Part shown: positions 42,315-51,713 of the stretch, piece after piece
Layout: every line of letters begins with the position of its first letter
Position numbering within the stretch: position 1 is the first letter of the stretch
Source: an uncultured virus (IMG/VR IMGVR_UViG_3300029908_000008)
Lineage: Duplodnaviria > Heunggongvirae > Uroviricota > Caudoviricetes
Virus record (IMG/VR): IMGVR_UViG_3300029908_000008
DNA: 64,000 bases
Direction: 5' to 3' (one strand)
Notes under the pieces: model-generated
What the model was told of the DNA's origin: nothing
What the model saw: the letters and a program-made list of their open reading frames with translations, nothing else
Databases searched by the model: none
Program-made: the position numbers and the translations under genes

Positions 42315-42523
42315 GATTGTTTTAAATATTCTGGACAATTAAAATTAACTTTTCTGAATATATGAGAATATATCGTGAACCATCCTACTTCTCGATCCAA
42401 TAAATCAAAACAATAATCTCCGTTCTTCACGTTCATGAAACGGATTCAAACCACCACATTATAAAAAGATTTCATACAACCGCCTGCACCAAGAATTACT
42501 AAGTCACCTTTTTTATATTTCAT
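42311..42523 (-). pseudogene. CPEYLK-family gene with a single in-frame TGA
   Basis: MKYKKGDLV...NVVV*IRF...NCPEYLKQS. Confidence 0.75.
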
Positions 42524-42738
42524 ATTTTTTGTTTTAAATATTCTGGACGATTATTTAATAATCTATAAAAATCTCCTGCACTAGTAAATTTATTACCGTT
42601 TTTAGAATTGCCTAAGTAATCACAAAACTCTACTATGTAAGGAAATCTAAAATTTAATTCGTCAATAGCACATATTCTAACTAAGTTAGGAAAGGAATGT
42701 GTCATAACAATATCGCCTGTTTTAAATTTATAATTCAT
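42520..42738 (-). CDS. CPEYLK-tail family small protein
   Basis: FKTGD...RPEYLKQ. Confidence 0.85.
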   Translation of the reverse strand: MNYKFKTGDIVMTHSFPNLVRICAIDELNFRFPYIVEFCDYLGNSKNGNKFTSAGDFYRLLNNRPEYLKQKI

Positions 42739-42968
42739 GATTGTTTTAAATATTCTGGACAATTATGTAATAATCTTAAATTTTTTCCATAATAAAAATA
42801 TTTTGTATCAGTATAAATAAGTTTTATACCATCATTAAGATTACCTGAGTATCGACAAAACTCTACCAGATAATTATTATTTAATTCATCAATAGTATGT
42901 ATCTTTAATATGGAGGGATATCCAACGGTTGAAATAACAATATCGCCTATTTTAAATTTATAATTCAT
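42735..42968 (-). CDS. CPEYLK-tail family small protein
   Basis: FKIGD...NCPEYLKQS. Confidence 0.85.
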   Translation of the reverse strand: MNYKFKIGDIVISTVGYPSILKIHTIDELNNNYLVEFCRYSGNLNDGIKLIYTDTKYFYYGKNLRLLHNCPEYLKQS

Positions 42969-43204
42969 AATTGTTTTAAATATTCTGGACAATTAAAGAT
43001 AATTAAATCTATATCTGATTGGAATGTCATCAATTGATCGCCAACTTGAAAATTTGAAATTTTTGTTAGATAATGTGTTACGCTACATAGTTTAATCCAT
43101 GCACACATATGTGTGTCAAGCGACACTATCACACCTATACATTTAGACCATTCTGCATGGTCGTTCCACCGCACATAATCACCAATTTTAAATTTAGAAC
43201 TCAT
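42965..43204 (-). CDS. CPEYLK-tail family small protein
   Basis: FKIGD...NCPEYLKQL. Confidence 0.85.
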   Translation of the reverse strand: MSSKFKIGDYVRWNDHAEWSKCIGVIVSLDTHMCAWIKLCSVTHYLTKISNFQVGDQLMTFQSDIDLIIFNCPEYLKQL

Positions 43205-43529
43205 TAATTACCAATCTACTGTCGTAATATTTTTACTAACAACTGAAAATAACGAAGATTTAAGAATATCATCGGATACAGGCATTTGAGTTATTAATGA
43301 GATATCACCTGTAAGTAGACCCAAGGGTACAAAATATAATCCAGAATTTAAATTTATAATTCTATAATTTTGATAATTCTGATGCACAATGTAATTAGTA
43401 TTAAATACACCTGCTTGAGTAAATTTCTTTTCTAAACTTTTTTCTTCTTCTGGCGTCATACCATATATATTTTCTACATCATTGTTATCACAGAATTCAA
43501 TAAATTCTTGACTCTTTTTATTTACGAGA

Positions 43530-43904
43530 TTAGTTGCTTCTTGATATGTCATTGTTTAATTCCATTATTTTGTTGTAAAATTTAATAAATCTAGGGTTTA
43601 TTGTGCGAGGTTTGTGAATTTTATATTTATTAGATAATGATGTAAATCCATCACCATTTACAAATTGCTCAGATGATAAATCAATTAATTCTCCGTTATC
43701 TAATAAATTCCATGCATGCCTTTCACCATGAATTCTCCCACAAACAATCTCTCCACCTAATATTTCTTTTACTACATACGCGGTTGCAAAGCAATGTCCA
43801 TCTAATCCACCTTTATATGATTTAGAATCATATGCTGTTTCTGATGATGCACATTCTAATAATAATTTTTTTAATAGTTTAACATTCATTATTTTATTCT
43901 TCAA
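43530..43904 (-). CDS. YunG-like hypothetical protein
   Basis: GHC...GGEI...HAWN...IDLSSEQF. Confidence 0.65.
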   Translation of the reverse strand: MKNKIMNVKLLKKLLLECASSETAYDSKSYKGGLDGHCFATAYVVKEILGGEIVCGRIHGERHAWNLLDNGELIDLSSEQFVNGDGFTSLSNKYKIHKPRTINPRFIKFYNKIMELNNDISRSN

Positions 43905-44967
43905 ATGCCAGATTTAATTTTGGTTGTGAGAATTCAGGTTTACAATAATTCCATAACATCTCACTATATGATTCATTATCTAATAATTTAAAAACAATAG
44001 GTGCTATTGTTTTGTGATTATTCATCAAATAAATTGCTTGTTCTTTTCTAGAAGAAAAATCTTGAACTTCCATCAATGCTAATTTTGCCCGATTTTCCAG
44101 TGCATTATAATCATTAATTATTTTATTTTTAGTATCAGAAACCCATGAGTAGAATTCATCTGGTAAATATTCAATTAATTCATCAAACGATTTATTGTCA
44201 CGTAAATATTCCCATATACTTTTATTCGACAATCCTGTAATCATTTTATGAAGTAGGCAATAATCTTCAAATTTTATTTTACACATCCAAGTAGGTAACC
44301 CATCTTCTTTAACCTTTAAAACAAATCCTTCTTCATTTGGAATATTTAAAGATAATAATTTACTATATAATTCATCTCCAAATAATTCTCCATGAGTCTC
44401 ATGGGTTTGAACTTTTATGAAAGGTTTATCAGATATGTAATCTAATCCTGTATCTGTGCATATCGCACCATGTAGAATTAAATTATCTTTTTCATATAAA
44501 TTGACTACTTTATTACTCGGGCCTATTAGTTCGAATAAATAAGTGACTCCATTTTCAATCCAATCTTCATTATATAATTGTTTAAACAAAAAAGTAGAAT
44601 TGAATGCTTGATCAGAACAAAAACTACCTAAAGTGCTATATATTACCTGATCATTGTATCTAAAAACAATAATACAACTACCATCTAACTTTGTTTCAAT
44701 CACAAAATCCTTTACACCAATTGGTAATTCTGATTTTTGCATTTCAGAATAATTAAAGAATTTTTCATAACTTCTAGCGCAAATATTGCCATTGTCATCT
44801 AAGATTAATCCTCGCGCTTTTCTCAATAGAGGATAGTCACCAAATGCTTTTTCAAACTGGCATTTTTGAGTATATTTCCATACAGTAAGAGGCAATGATG
44901 GGTGTCTAGATGATCTTACCAACCCTAAATCTTTTAATTTGTTTAATTCGTTTAAATCTATAATCAT
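43894..44967 (-). CDS. RNA ligase 1 (T4 RnlA-like)
   Basis: ARGLI...KFFN, KLDGS, EGFV, KIK motifs. Confidence 0.9.
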   Translation of the reverse strand: MIIDLNELNKLKDLGLVRSSRHPSLPLTVWKYTQKCQFEKAFGDYPLLRKARGLILDDNGNICARSYEKFFNYSEMQKSELPIGVKDFVIETKLDGSCIIVFRYNDQVIYSTLGSFCSDQAFNSTFLFKQLYNEDWIENGVTYLFELIGPSNKVVNLYEKDNLILHGAICTDTGLDYISDKPFIKVQTHETHGELFGDELYSKLLSLNIPNEEGFVLKVKEDGLPTWMCKIKFEDYCLLHKMITGLSNKSIWEYLRDNKSFDELIEYLPDEFYSWVSDTKNKIINDYNALENRAKLALMEVQDFSSRKEQAIYLMNNHKTIAPIVFKLLDNESYSEMLWNYCKPEFSQPKLNLAFEE

Positions 44968-44987
44968 AATACCTCTTTATTTGCAAC

Positions 44988-45506
44988 TTAGTCCATCAAT
45001 CTGGCTATTAATATAATCCCTAACACAACAATTATCATAATTATTAAAATATATAATGCTGACACCGTTGATGAAGTTCCGCCGTATCCATTATAAGCAA
45101 CAGCATTTGCATATCCTGGCATTGATGGGTTTCCAAGAATTAAAACTCCTCCAGGAGAATATGAATAGTATCCATTATACCAATAAATTGTTCTTCCACC
45201 ATAAGCATATGTTTGTGGATAATAACGTGTATTTGCAGGAGGCCTTGATCCTGCTCGGAAATTAAAACTACTTCGTGAAGATGGCCCATTACGAGTGCTA
45301 GTGGAACGAAAAGTACGAGGGCTTCCAAAACTTGAAGACCTACTAGACATTGGTGTTGATCTACCAGATAATCCTCCGAAACTTGAAGAACTACTAGAAG
45401 ACATTGAGGATCTACCAAATGAACCTCCTCGTTGGGCATAACCCAAAGAGACCAGCGACATAAAAATGGTGAATAATGTGATAATTTTTAAAATTTTATT
45501 TTTCAT
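44988..45506 (-). CDS. secreted or membrane Ser/Gly-rich protein
   Basis: signal peptide, SSSS/GG tract, C-terminal TM helix. Confidence 0.75.
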   Translation of the reverse strand: MKNKILKIITLFTIFMSLVSLGYAQRGGSFGRSSMSSSSSSSFGGLSGRSTPMSSRSSSFGSPRTFRSTSTRNGPSSRSSFNFRAGSRPPANTRYYPQTYAYGGRTIYWYNGYYSYSPGGVLILGNPSMPGYANAVAYNGYGGTSSTVSALYILIIMIIVVLGIILIARLMD

Positions 45507-45538
45507 TGTGGATATTATAGTTTTTATTTTTGATGTGA
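45507..45538 (-). promoter_or_regulatory. conserved phage promoter motif
   Basis: CATCAAAAATAAAAACTATAAT-ATCCACA-ATG. Confidence 0.75.
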
Positions 45539-45584
45539 TATTTTGTGAATCGGTATAATTCAGATGTGTGTAGAATAATAAAAT

Positions 45585-46130
45585 ATGATCAAGGCAAGAA
45601 TTAAAAAAGTATTAAGATTTATTACTTTTTCACTTATGGTTTTTGTGGCGATAATAACATTAACTTTTAAATTAGGTTTATATTATGAAAAATTTGTTTT
45701 AGTAAGTGGTTTTTCAATGATGCCAACAATAAAAAATCATAGCATCGCAGTATTAAAACCGGCATTAAATTTAAAAGACAAAGATATTATTATTTTTAAA
45801 TATAAAAATGACATTTTAATTAAACGCATTTTATATTGTGGTGATAAAGATAAAGTTTGGTATAGTGCTTTTTTAGATAATAATGACGTAAAGACTTTAA
45901 TATATACAATTTTTGATTCTAAGTCTTTGTCAGCGTTGAATTCTGAGTATAAAAGACAACACACTAAACAACCAGATTATAAAAAATTAGGGTCTAAAGA
46001 ATATTGGGTTGCAGGAGATAATAGGGCCTATAGTATGTCAAGTGATAACGGATTAGGGCCTATTGATTACTCTAAAATAATTGCTAAATTAGATTTCACT
46101 ATAAGCCCTAACGGAATAACTAAATTTTAA
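45585..46130 (+). CDS. signal peptidase I (S26)
   Basis: SGFSMMPT, IKRI and GDNR motifs; N-terminal TM helix. Confidence 0.85.
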   Translation: MIKARIKKVLRFITFSLMVFVAIITLTFKLGLYYEKFVLVSGFSMMPTIKNHSIAVLKPALNLKDKDIIIFKYKNDILIKRILYCGDKDKVWYSAFLDNNDVKTLIYTIFDSKSLSALNSEYKRQHTKQPDYKKLGSKEYWVAGDNRAYSMSSDNGLGPIDYSKIIAKLDFTISPNGITKF

Positions 46131-46131
46131 C

Positions 46132-46356
46132 TTATTTTTTATTTACAGTACTAATTTCTGGAGAAGTTTGCCACATTGATTGTTGTTTACCTGATAAAAT
46201 CCAAGCGATTAATGCCGGATCTGCATGATTAATCTTAATCCTAACAACGATTTTATTTTTGTTATTAAGATCATTTTTGACAGGTGGGTTTTGGCCCATT
46301 ACAAAACAACTTGCGCAACTAATTAATGTCACAGCGATAATAGTTTTTAAATTCAT
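46132..46356 (-). CDS. small secreted protein
   Basis: signal peptide; IKINHADPALIAWIL. Confidence 0.6.
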   Translation of the reverse strand: MNLKTIIAVTLISCASCFVMGQNPPVKNDLNNKNKIVVRIKINHADPALIAWILSGKQQSMWQTSPEISTVNKK

Positions 46357-46473
46357 AATTTATTATTCCTTCGTTTATTTATTTTTTCCCTTTATTATTA
46401 AACTTAAATATTAAAATTACAATGAATAAAATAATTGCTATTATAATTTCAACAATATCTAAGTTCATTATCT

Positions 46474-46725
46474 TTAAATATTTTTTGCATTCCGTACAGA
46501 GTCTTGAAATTTAAGTTGATCATAGCCTGTACCTAGAATTATACTTGCCACAAAAGCATATAACGATGTGGTTAATGCCTTTTGTAAATTTTGGTCTTGT
46601 CCGTAACTCCATGTAAATGTAGATACAAAACCGGTAACGCCTATAGTAGTAGCACGAGTGAGTAAAATTTGCCAATTAAATGACGGCAAACTAGAAGATG
46701 AAGAAACTGGATCTTTTGTAGACAT
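46474..46725 (-). CDS. small two-TM protein (holin-like)
   Basis: two hydrophobic segments. Confidence 0.4.
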   Translation of the reverse strand: MSTKDPVSSSSSLPSFNWQILLTRATTIGVTGFVSTFTWSYGQDQNLQKALTTSLYAFVASIILGTGYDQLKFQDSVRNAKNI

Positions 46726-46775
46726 TTTTTAAATTCTCCTTAATAATGATTAAAATCATTCGTATACATTATATA

Positions 46776-47402
46776 TCATATATCTAAAATAATCATTTCA
46801 TTAATATCCAAACATCTATAATTTGTATTAGATATTTTTTTATTAAATGACCTATGATAGTGACCAAAATAATGAAATTCTGGCTCTTTAATTTTCCACA
46901 ATTCATACAATAATTTATTTGTCAAATTTTCTTGTGGCCAAAAACCTAAAACTTGCATCCCTATATTAATCCCAATATCATGACTTAGAATTATATCAAT
47001 GTCTTTACATTCTTTTTCATATAATTCTAAACAATCATTACATTCTTTATATGACAATTGCTCATCTGGCCACCAGTTTAGCAATGGAATACGAGATTCT
47101 GTATCTATACTTCTGGCACCACCGATATAAAATAACTTTTTATCATTGAGTTCTAGAATTCCGAATCTATTTAATGCATGTGGTAGTTGTGATAATAATC
47201 CTGGCGAATCATGATTACCTTGGAGTATCTTTAATTTATTTGAATCAATATTATTCAAATATTGCTCCGCTCCAAAGCCCACGCCAAAATCACCTAATTG
47301 AATTGTGAGGTCATAATTATGTAGTGTTTGTTTTATATTATTAATAGATTTTGGATTGCCATGGATATCTCCTATTAATCTTAATTTCATAATTAAACTC
47401 AT
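46776..47402 (-). CDS. calcineurin-like metallophosphoesterase
   Basis: GDIHG, LGDFG, GNHD and FGHYH motifs. Confidence 0.92.
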   Translation of the reverse strand: MSLIMKLRLIGDIHGNPKSINNIKQTLHNYDLTIQLGDFGVGFGAEQYLNNIDSNKLKILQGNHDSPGLLSQLPHALNRFGILELNDKKLFYIGGARSIDTESRIPLLNWWPDEQLSYKECNDCLELYEKECKDIDIILSHDIGINIGMQVLGFWPQENLTNKLLYELWKIKEPEFHYFGHYHRSFNKKISNTNYRCLDINEMIILDI

Positions 47403-47408
47403 GTAATT

Positions 47409-47603
47409 CTATCTTAAATAATCTGGATATAATGATATACACCTGTATTTTTCATTAACAACTATATATTTAATGAACAGTTGATCGCCTATGCGTGGCC
47501 GAGTAAGAGTTGAATGAATAACTTCTACATGAAGAAAATTATCTTTTTCTGATACAATCTCCACAATAAGATCTAATTGTCGATGCCTATACTGTTTTTT
47601 CAT
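47409..47603 (-). CDS. CPEYLK-tail family small protein
   Basis: YPDYLR tail. Confidence 0.8.
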   Translation of the reverse strand: MKKQYRHRQLDLIVEIVSEKDNFLHVEVIHSTLTRPRIGDQLFIKYIVVNEKYRCISLYPDYLR

Positions 47604-47809
47604 TTCATATATTCTGGACAATTCCTTGGGTTTTTAATACAAATTTCATTACCATAAACGAACCATGAATCTTCTTCATATATAGATTTAACTATATATA
47701 TTTGATCATCACCAAAATTATCTGAATATGAGTCATAAACTTTAGAAGTTATTTTTCCAATAATTTCTTGATATGTCACTAGATCTCCAATTTCAAAATT
47801 ATCCTGCAT
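47600..47809 (-). CDS. CPEYLK-tail family small protein
   Basis: FEIGD...NCPEYMK. Confidence 0.85.
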   Translation of the reverse strand: MQDNFEIGDLVTYQEIIGKITSKVYDSYSDNFGDDQIYIVKSIYEEDSWFVYGNEICIKNPRNCPEYMK

Positions 47810-48492
47810 AAATTATTATATAATTTATTTTTATTGGGAATTTTTCTGATTCTGGATATATTCTCGCGGATAAACTTTATTACTTTCAAAAATCTTTGTA
47901 AAATTAGAAGTTTGGCCCTTGGCGAAACTTTTTACTAATAAAGCATTTAACTCTTTAGTAAGATTTGCTACAATATATTCGTCTCCTAATACAGCCTTTA
48001 ATGGTGATTCACCAAAATAACCTGATTCAGAAGTCTTTTCAATAAGGTAATTAAGAAAATCTTTACCATCTACAGTAAAGTTAATTTGCATAAATTGTCC
48101 CACATAACATGGGACATAATCTGCTAATTTTCTTTGACTAAAAAACATCTTTACAGCCTCGTCTTTAGTCTTAAAAGGGCCAAGTTCTGGGTCATTAGTG
48201 TCATGGGCGGATGCATACCATCCGCTTACAGGTTTGAAATCGATATTCATATTGTATTATTATACAATAATTTATAATTCAAGGCCAAGATTTTTACATC
48301 GATCTTTAATAAGATTTAATTCGGTGGTAAGATTTGCAATATCAATATCCATTATCTCACTGAGACTTGGATCAATATTATTTTTTTTAATATTCAATTC
48401 TTCTAATTTATATTCTATATATTTAGAATATCTTGCTAGAATATTTCCTATATCTATTGCCTGGGTCTCAGTGAGATGAATGTAATTCATAA

Positions 48493-48729
48493 TTAACTAA
48501 TTAATTTATAATTCTTTTTAATAACCTTATTGTATTGAGTTCCTACACTCTTTGCTGTGCGCAAAGCATCATAGTCCTTAATCGATACATCAGCATAATT
48601 ATAGACGTTACCATCTTGATGACGCACGGTTAAAATCTTAGAATCAAGATTGTATTCAAGATTACTAATAAGTGTGCTGTTAACGGTTGAAGTGACGATA
48701 TTGTTTTTATTTTTAAGTATATTTTTCAT
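48493..48729 (-). CDS. KTSC-domain protein
   Basis: NSTLISNLEY...Y.YADV...AKSVG. Confidence 0.85.
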   Translation of the reverse strand: MKNILKNKNNIVTSTVNSTLISNLEYNLDSKILTVRHQDGNVYNYADVSIKDYDALRTAKSVGTQYNKVIKKNYKLIS

Positions 48730-48809
48730 TTTTTTACCTATCTTTTATTTTAGGAAATTATGTTCCTATTATATATTACTGTATAACAAATTTTTGTATA
48801 ACATAATAT

Positions 48810-49148
48810 ATGAATATTTCAAAAGAGGCCGCTGAGCAATTCAGGGCCATGAGCGAATTTGAAGGATTTCCTGACGCCAGATTAAGGATCTGGGTACAAG
48901 GAACTGCCTGTGGATCATCTATCAATTATCAAATGGCTTTAGACACTGATAATATAGAAGATGATTCTGATTTAGAATTTAAAGACAATTCAGTAACAAT
49001 AGTCTGTGATGATCTATCTTATAAATTTTTGACAAACTCAATTATCGAATGGAGTGAGGAAAACGGAGGGGCATTTAAGGTGAACAATCCTAATCTACCT
49101 CAATCAGGATGTGGCTCTTGCGAAACCAAATGTGATTCTTGCAGTTGA
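48810..49148 (+). CDS. HesB/IscA/ErpA-family Fe-S carrier
   Basis: LRIWVQGTACG...FKVNNPN...GCGSC. Confidence 0.85.
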   Translation: MNISKEAAEQFRAMSEFEGFPDARLRIWVQGTACGSSINYQMALDTDNIEDDSDLEFKDNSVTIVCDDLSYKFLTNSIIEWSEENGGAFKVNNPNLPQSGCGSCETKCDSCS

Positions 49149-49351
49149 TCTAAAGTTTTTCCATAATCTTGATAAATTAATAATTGTTCAATTATAGCAA
49201 TCGCTGTATTTAGTGCATCATTGTATTTCTCATCCATAATATTTGATAATTCGACTAATTGATTTCTATTAGAAATCAATCTAGTCCAATCCATTTGATC
49301 TATTGGGAAACAAACTGTATTGTTGTTTTCATTGTTCATAAATAATTCAAT

Positions 49352-49918
49352 TTAAATTTCCTGATATAATTTATCTTTATAATTTAGGGCTATTTCTTTT
49401 GCTTTTTTCTTTGCCCTACAGACACTAACCCTTAGTGCTGGTATCGTAGCGTTCATTTCTTTTGCCATATCCTCATATGACATATCAAGTATTTCTTTTT
49501 TATATAATGGCTCTCTTAAATTATTTGGTAATTGAGAAAGAATTTCATACGCCGCTGAATATTGGTCTGTAGTGGTGAAGCCAAACATTTCATCATATAC
49601 ATTATTTATAGCCGGGATATGTTTATCGCCTGTGGATTCGTAAATTTGATCCAATGAATAAGATTGTAGTTTATTCTGCTTTTTAGTTATATCATATATG
49701 CAATTCAATGCAATTCTTAAAAACCAATAAAAGAATGGCTTAGAGGCATCATAAGTTGCTATATGTTTAAAAGATCTTAATTTCGCATCTTGTAATGCAT
49801 CAATTACATTGTCAAATGTAATGTTTTTATTAGATGCGTATTTATTGAGTGTTTTTATTATATTTGGTTCTACTTCTTTAATTAGAATAGATAGTTCTTC
49901 ATGTGTAAGTGTGTTCAT
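49352..49918 (-). CDS. ECF-type RNA polymerase sigma factor
   Basis: DALQD, FFYWFLRIALN region 2; MSYEDMA...RAKK region 4. Confidence 0.9.
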   Translation of the reverse strand: MNTLTHEELSILIKEVEPNIIKTLNKYASNKNITFDNVIDALQDAKLRSFKHIATYDASKPFFYWFLRIALNCIYDITKKQNKLQSYSLDQIYESTGDKHIPAINNVYDEMFGFTTTDQYSAAYEILSQLPNNLREPLYKKEILDMSYEDMAKEMNATIPALRVSVCRAKKKAKEIALNYKDKLYQEI

Positions 49919-49960
49919 ATTATTTGATTGTTATTATAACACAAAGTTGCTTATTAAAAT

Positions 49961-50158
49961 TTAGCCTTTGTGAATGTTGATGATTTGTTTTTGAATGTTA
50001 ATGAAAATATTTAATCTTTTTAAATCAAAATCTTGAGTATAGAGAGAATCTGGTAAAATAACTCTAAAATTATCACAAGAATATTCTTCTAATAATTCGT
50101 CAATATTCTCCTCATTCAATATATTACCAATTTTGTTTTTATTAAATGCTGTATCCAA
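49961..50158 (-). CDS. possible I78/potato-type protease inhibitor
   Basis: RVILPDSLYTQDFDLKRLNI. Confidence 0.55.
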   Translation of the reverse strand: MDTAFNKNKIGNILNEENIDELLEEYSCDNFRVILPDSLYTQDFDLKRLNIFINIQKQIINIHKG

Positions 50159-50232
50159 TTTAAATATTTCCTATAACAAATTAAAAAAGGATAATCTTTA
50201 TCTTCATTGTTAAAAATTATCCTAATTATTTA

Positions 50233-51711
50233 TTATTTCAATTTCTCTTCAAAGAAATCCTCTAAATTATGTGTTGTTCCTGGCAAACCTTCTTTATATC
50301 CTGCATTATGACTTTCGCCATCAATTATAAACCAATTATATTTATTGGCTAATGCATAATTAGCATAATCTCCGGAAGATTGGCCATCAGTAATCACAAA
50401 AATTAGATCTGGAGCCTTATGGTCCCGTACTAGTTCATTAACTTTATGATTAATAGAATCAAAAACTGTACCGCCACCTACATTATACTGATTTTGACCT
50501 TTTTTCATTTCAGCGCATGAATCAGCAAACACAAACATTTTTTTATCAAATCTCTTATCTGGAATCGACTCAGCACCGCGAAGGAAATGAGTTTTGTATT
50601 CAGTACAAGAGCCACTTACATCTAGAAACAGAGCAATTCTAATTCTCTTTTTAGAGAAGTTAGGGTCTTCTGTAGCATCATCATGAGGCAAGGCAATATT
50701 CTTAGGAAAATAAGATGCTAATTTACTTTGTTTAATCCATTGTAAATCATCCGCAACATCGCGACCTTTTCTCTTATAATAGTTAATAATTCTTTCCCAT
50801 TTCTTTGAGGCTCGGACTTTTTTAGCGCGGTTAACCTCAACAAAGAAGTCACCTGTAGAACCACAGCCTTGACTTTGTTCAATCTTGTCTTTTAAAGATT
50901 TTTCAGATTTTTCAGAAGATGCTTCTTTCATTTGTTCACGAATAGAATTCGCAATACTTTCTGGAAGATCTTCTAATTTTACACCGCTACCGTCATTGCT
51001 CATAAACCAGTGTACATCACACATGAACTTACTTAAATTGTTGTCACCTTTGAGAAGTTCTTGATAATATTCTTCAAATGACATATTGTCTGGTACAGGG
51101 CGATCAAATACTGTGTTTACCCAGCAACCTTGTCCGAGTTTATGATCTTCTTCAGAATCATCTTTTACAACATTTGGGTCAACATTTGGGTCAACTTTAC
51201 CACTGGAGCCAAAAGCCCCAAGTTTGTCTCTTTCGAATCCAAAAGCATTAACAAGAAGATGGTTAATTGCGAGGTCCATTGCCACGTTTAAAATTGGCAT
51301 TGGAATATTCTTGCTCATTAGATACCTGGCTCGTTTACCATGTTCCAAAATTGAGTGCAAACACTCATGGCAAACAACAAACGCTCTTTGGTATTTTGTC
51401 ATTGAATCCCAGAAGTCGGGATTAAAAATAAACTTAAGAGGAGTAAGATCTTTTCCAACAAATTGCAAAGCCGCTGTTGGGATATCATAAGTAAACTGTG
51501 GTTCACCATAGCGAAAAATCTCACAGAAAATTGTTTCATATTTCTCCAATTCTAATTGGAGTTCATAAAGTTCTCTACGATACTTTTGCTCATTCAATAA
51601 AACTTTCTTTTCTTTTTTAGGCTTTGATTCCTTTTCCAAAGAATCTTTATTTAAATCTTCATTTTTTTGAAGCGGGAGGGCCGTTGAGCCCTCCATGCTT
51701 TTCTTTTCCAT
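50233..51711 (-). CDS. HExxH metallopeptidase-like plus VWA-domain protein (DUF2201-like)
   Basis: HECLH, NVAMDLAIN, DVSGS, GGGT, ITDG. Confidence 0.88.
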   Translation of the reverse strand: MEKKSMEGSTALPLQKNEDLNKDSLEKESKPKKEKKVLLNEQKYRRELYELQLELEKYETIFCEIFRYGEPQFTYDIPTAALQFVGKDLTPLKFIFNPDFWDSMTKYQRAFVVCHECLHSILEHGKRARYLMSKNIPMPILNVAMDLAINHLLVNAFGFERDKLGAFGSSGKVDPNVDPNVVKDDSEEDHKLGQGCWVNTVFDRPVPDNMSFEEYYQELLKGDNNLSKFMCDVHWFMSNDGSGVKLEDLPESIANSIREQMKEASSEKSEKSLKDKIEQSQGCGSTGDFFVEVNRAKKVRASKKWERIINYYKRKGRDVADDLQWIKQSKLASYFPKNIALPHDDATEDPNFSKKRIRIALFLDVSGSCTEYKTHFLRGAESIPDKRFDKKMFVFADSCAEMKKGQNQYNVGGGTVFDSINHKVNELVRDHKAPDLIFVITDGQSSGDYANYALANKYNWFIIDGESHNAGYKEGLPGTTHNLEDFFEEKLK

Positions 51712-51713
51712 AT

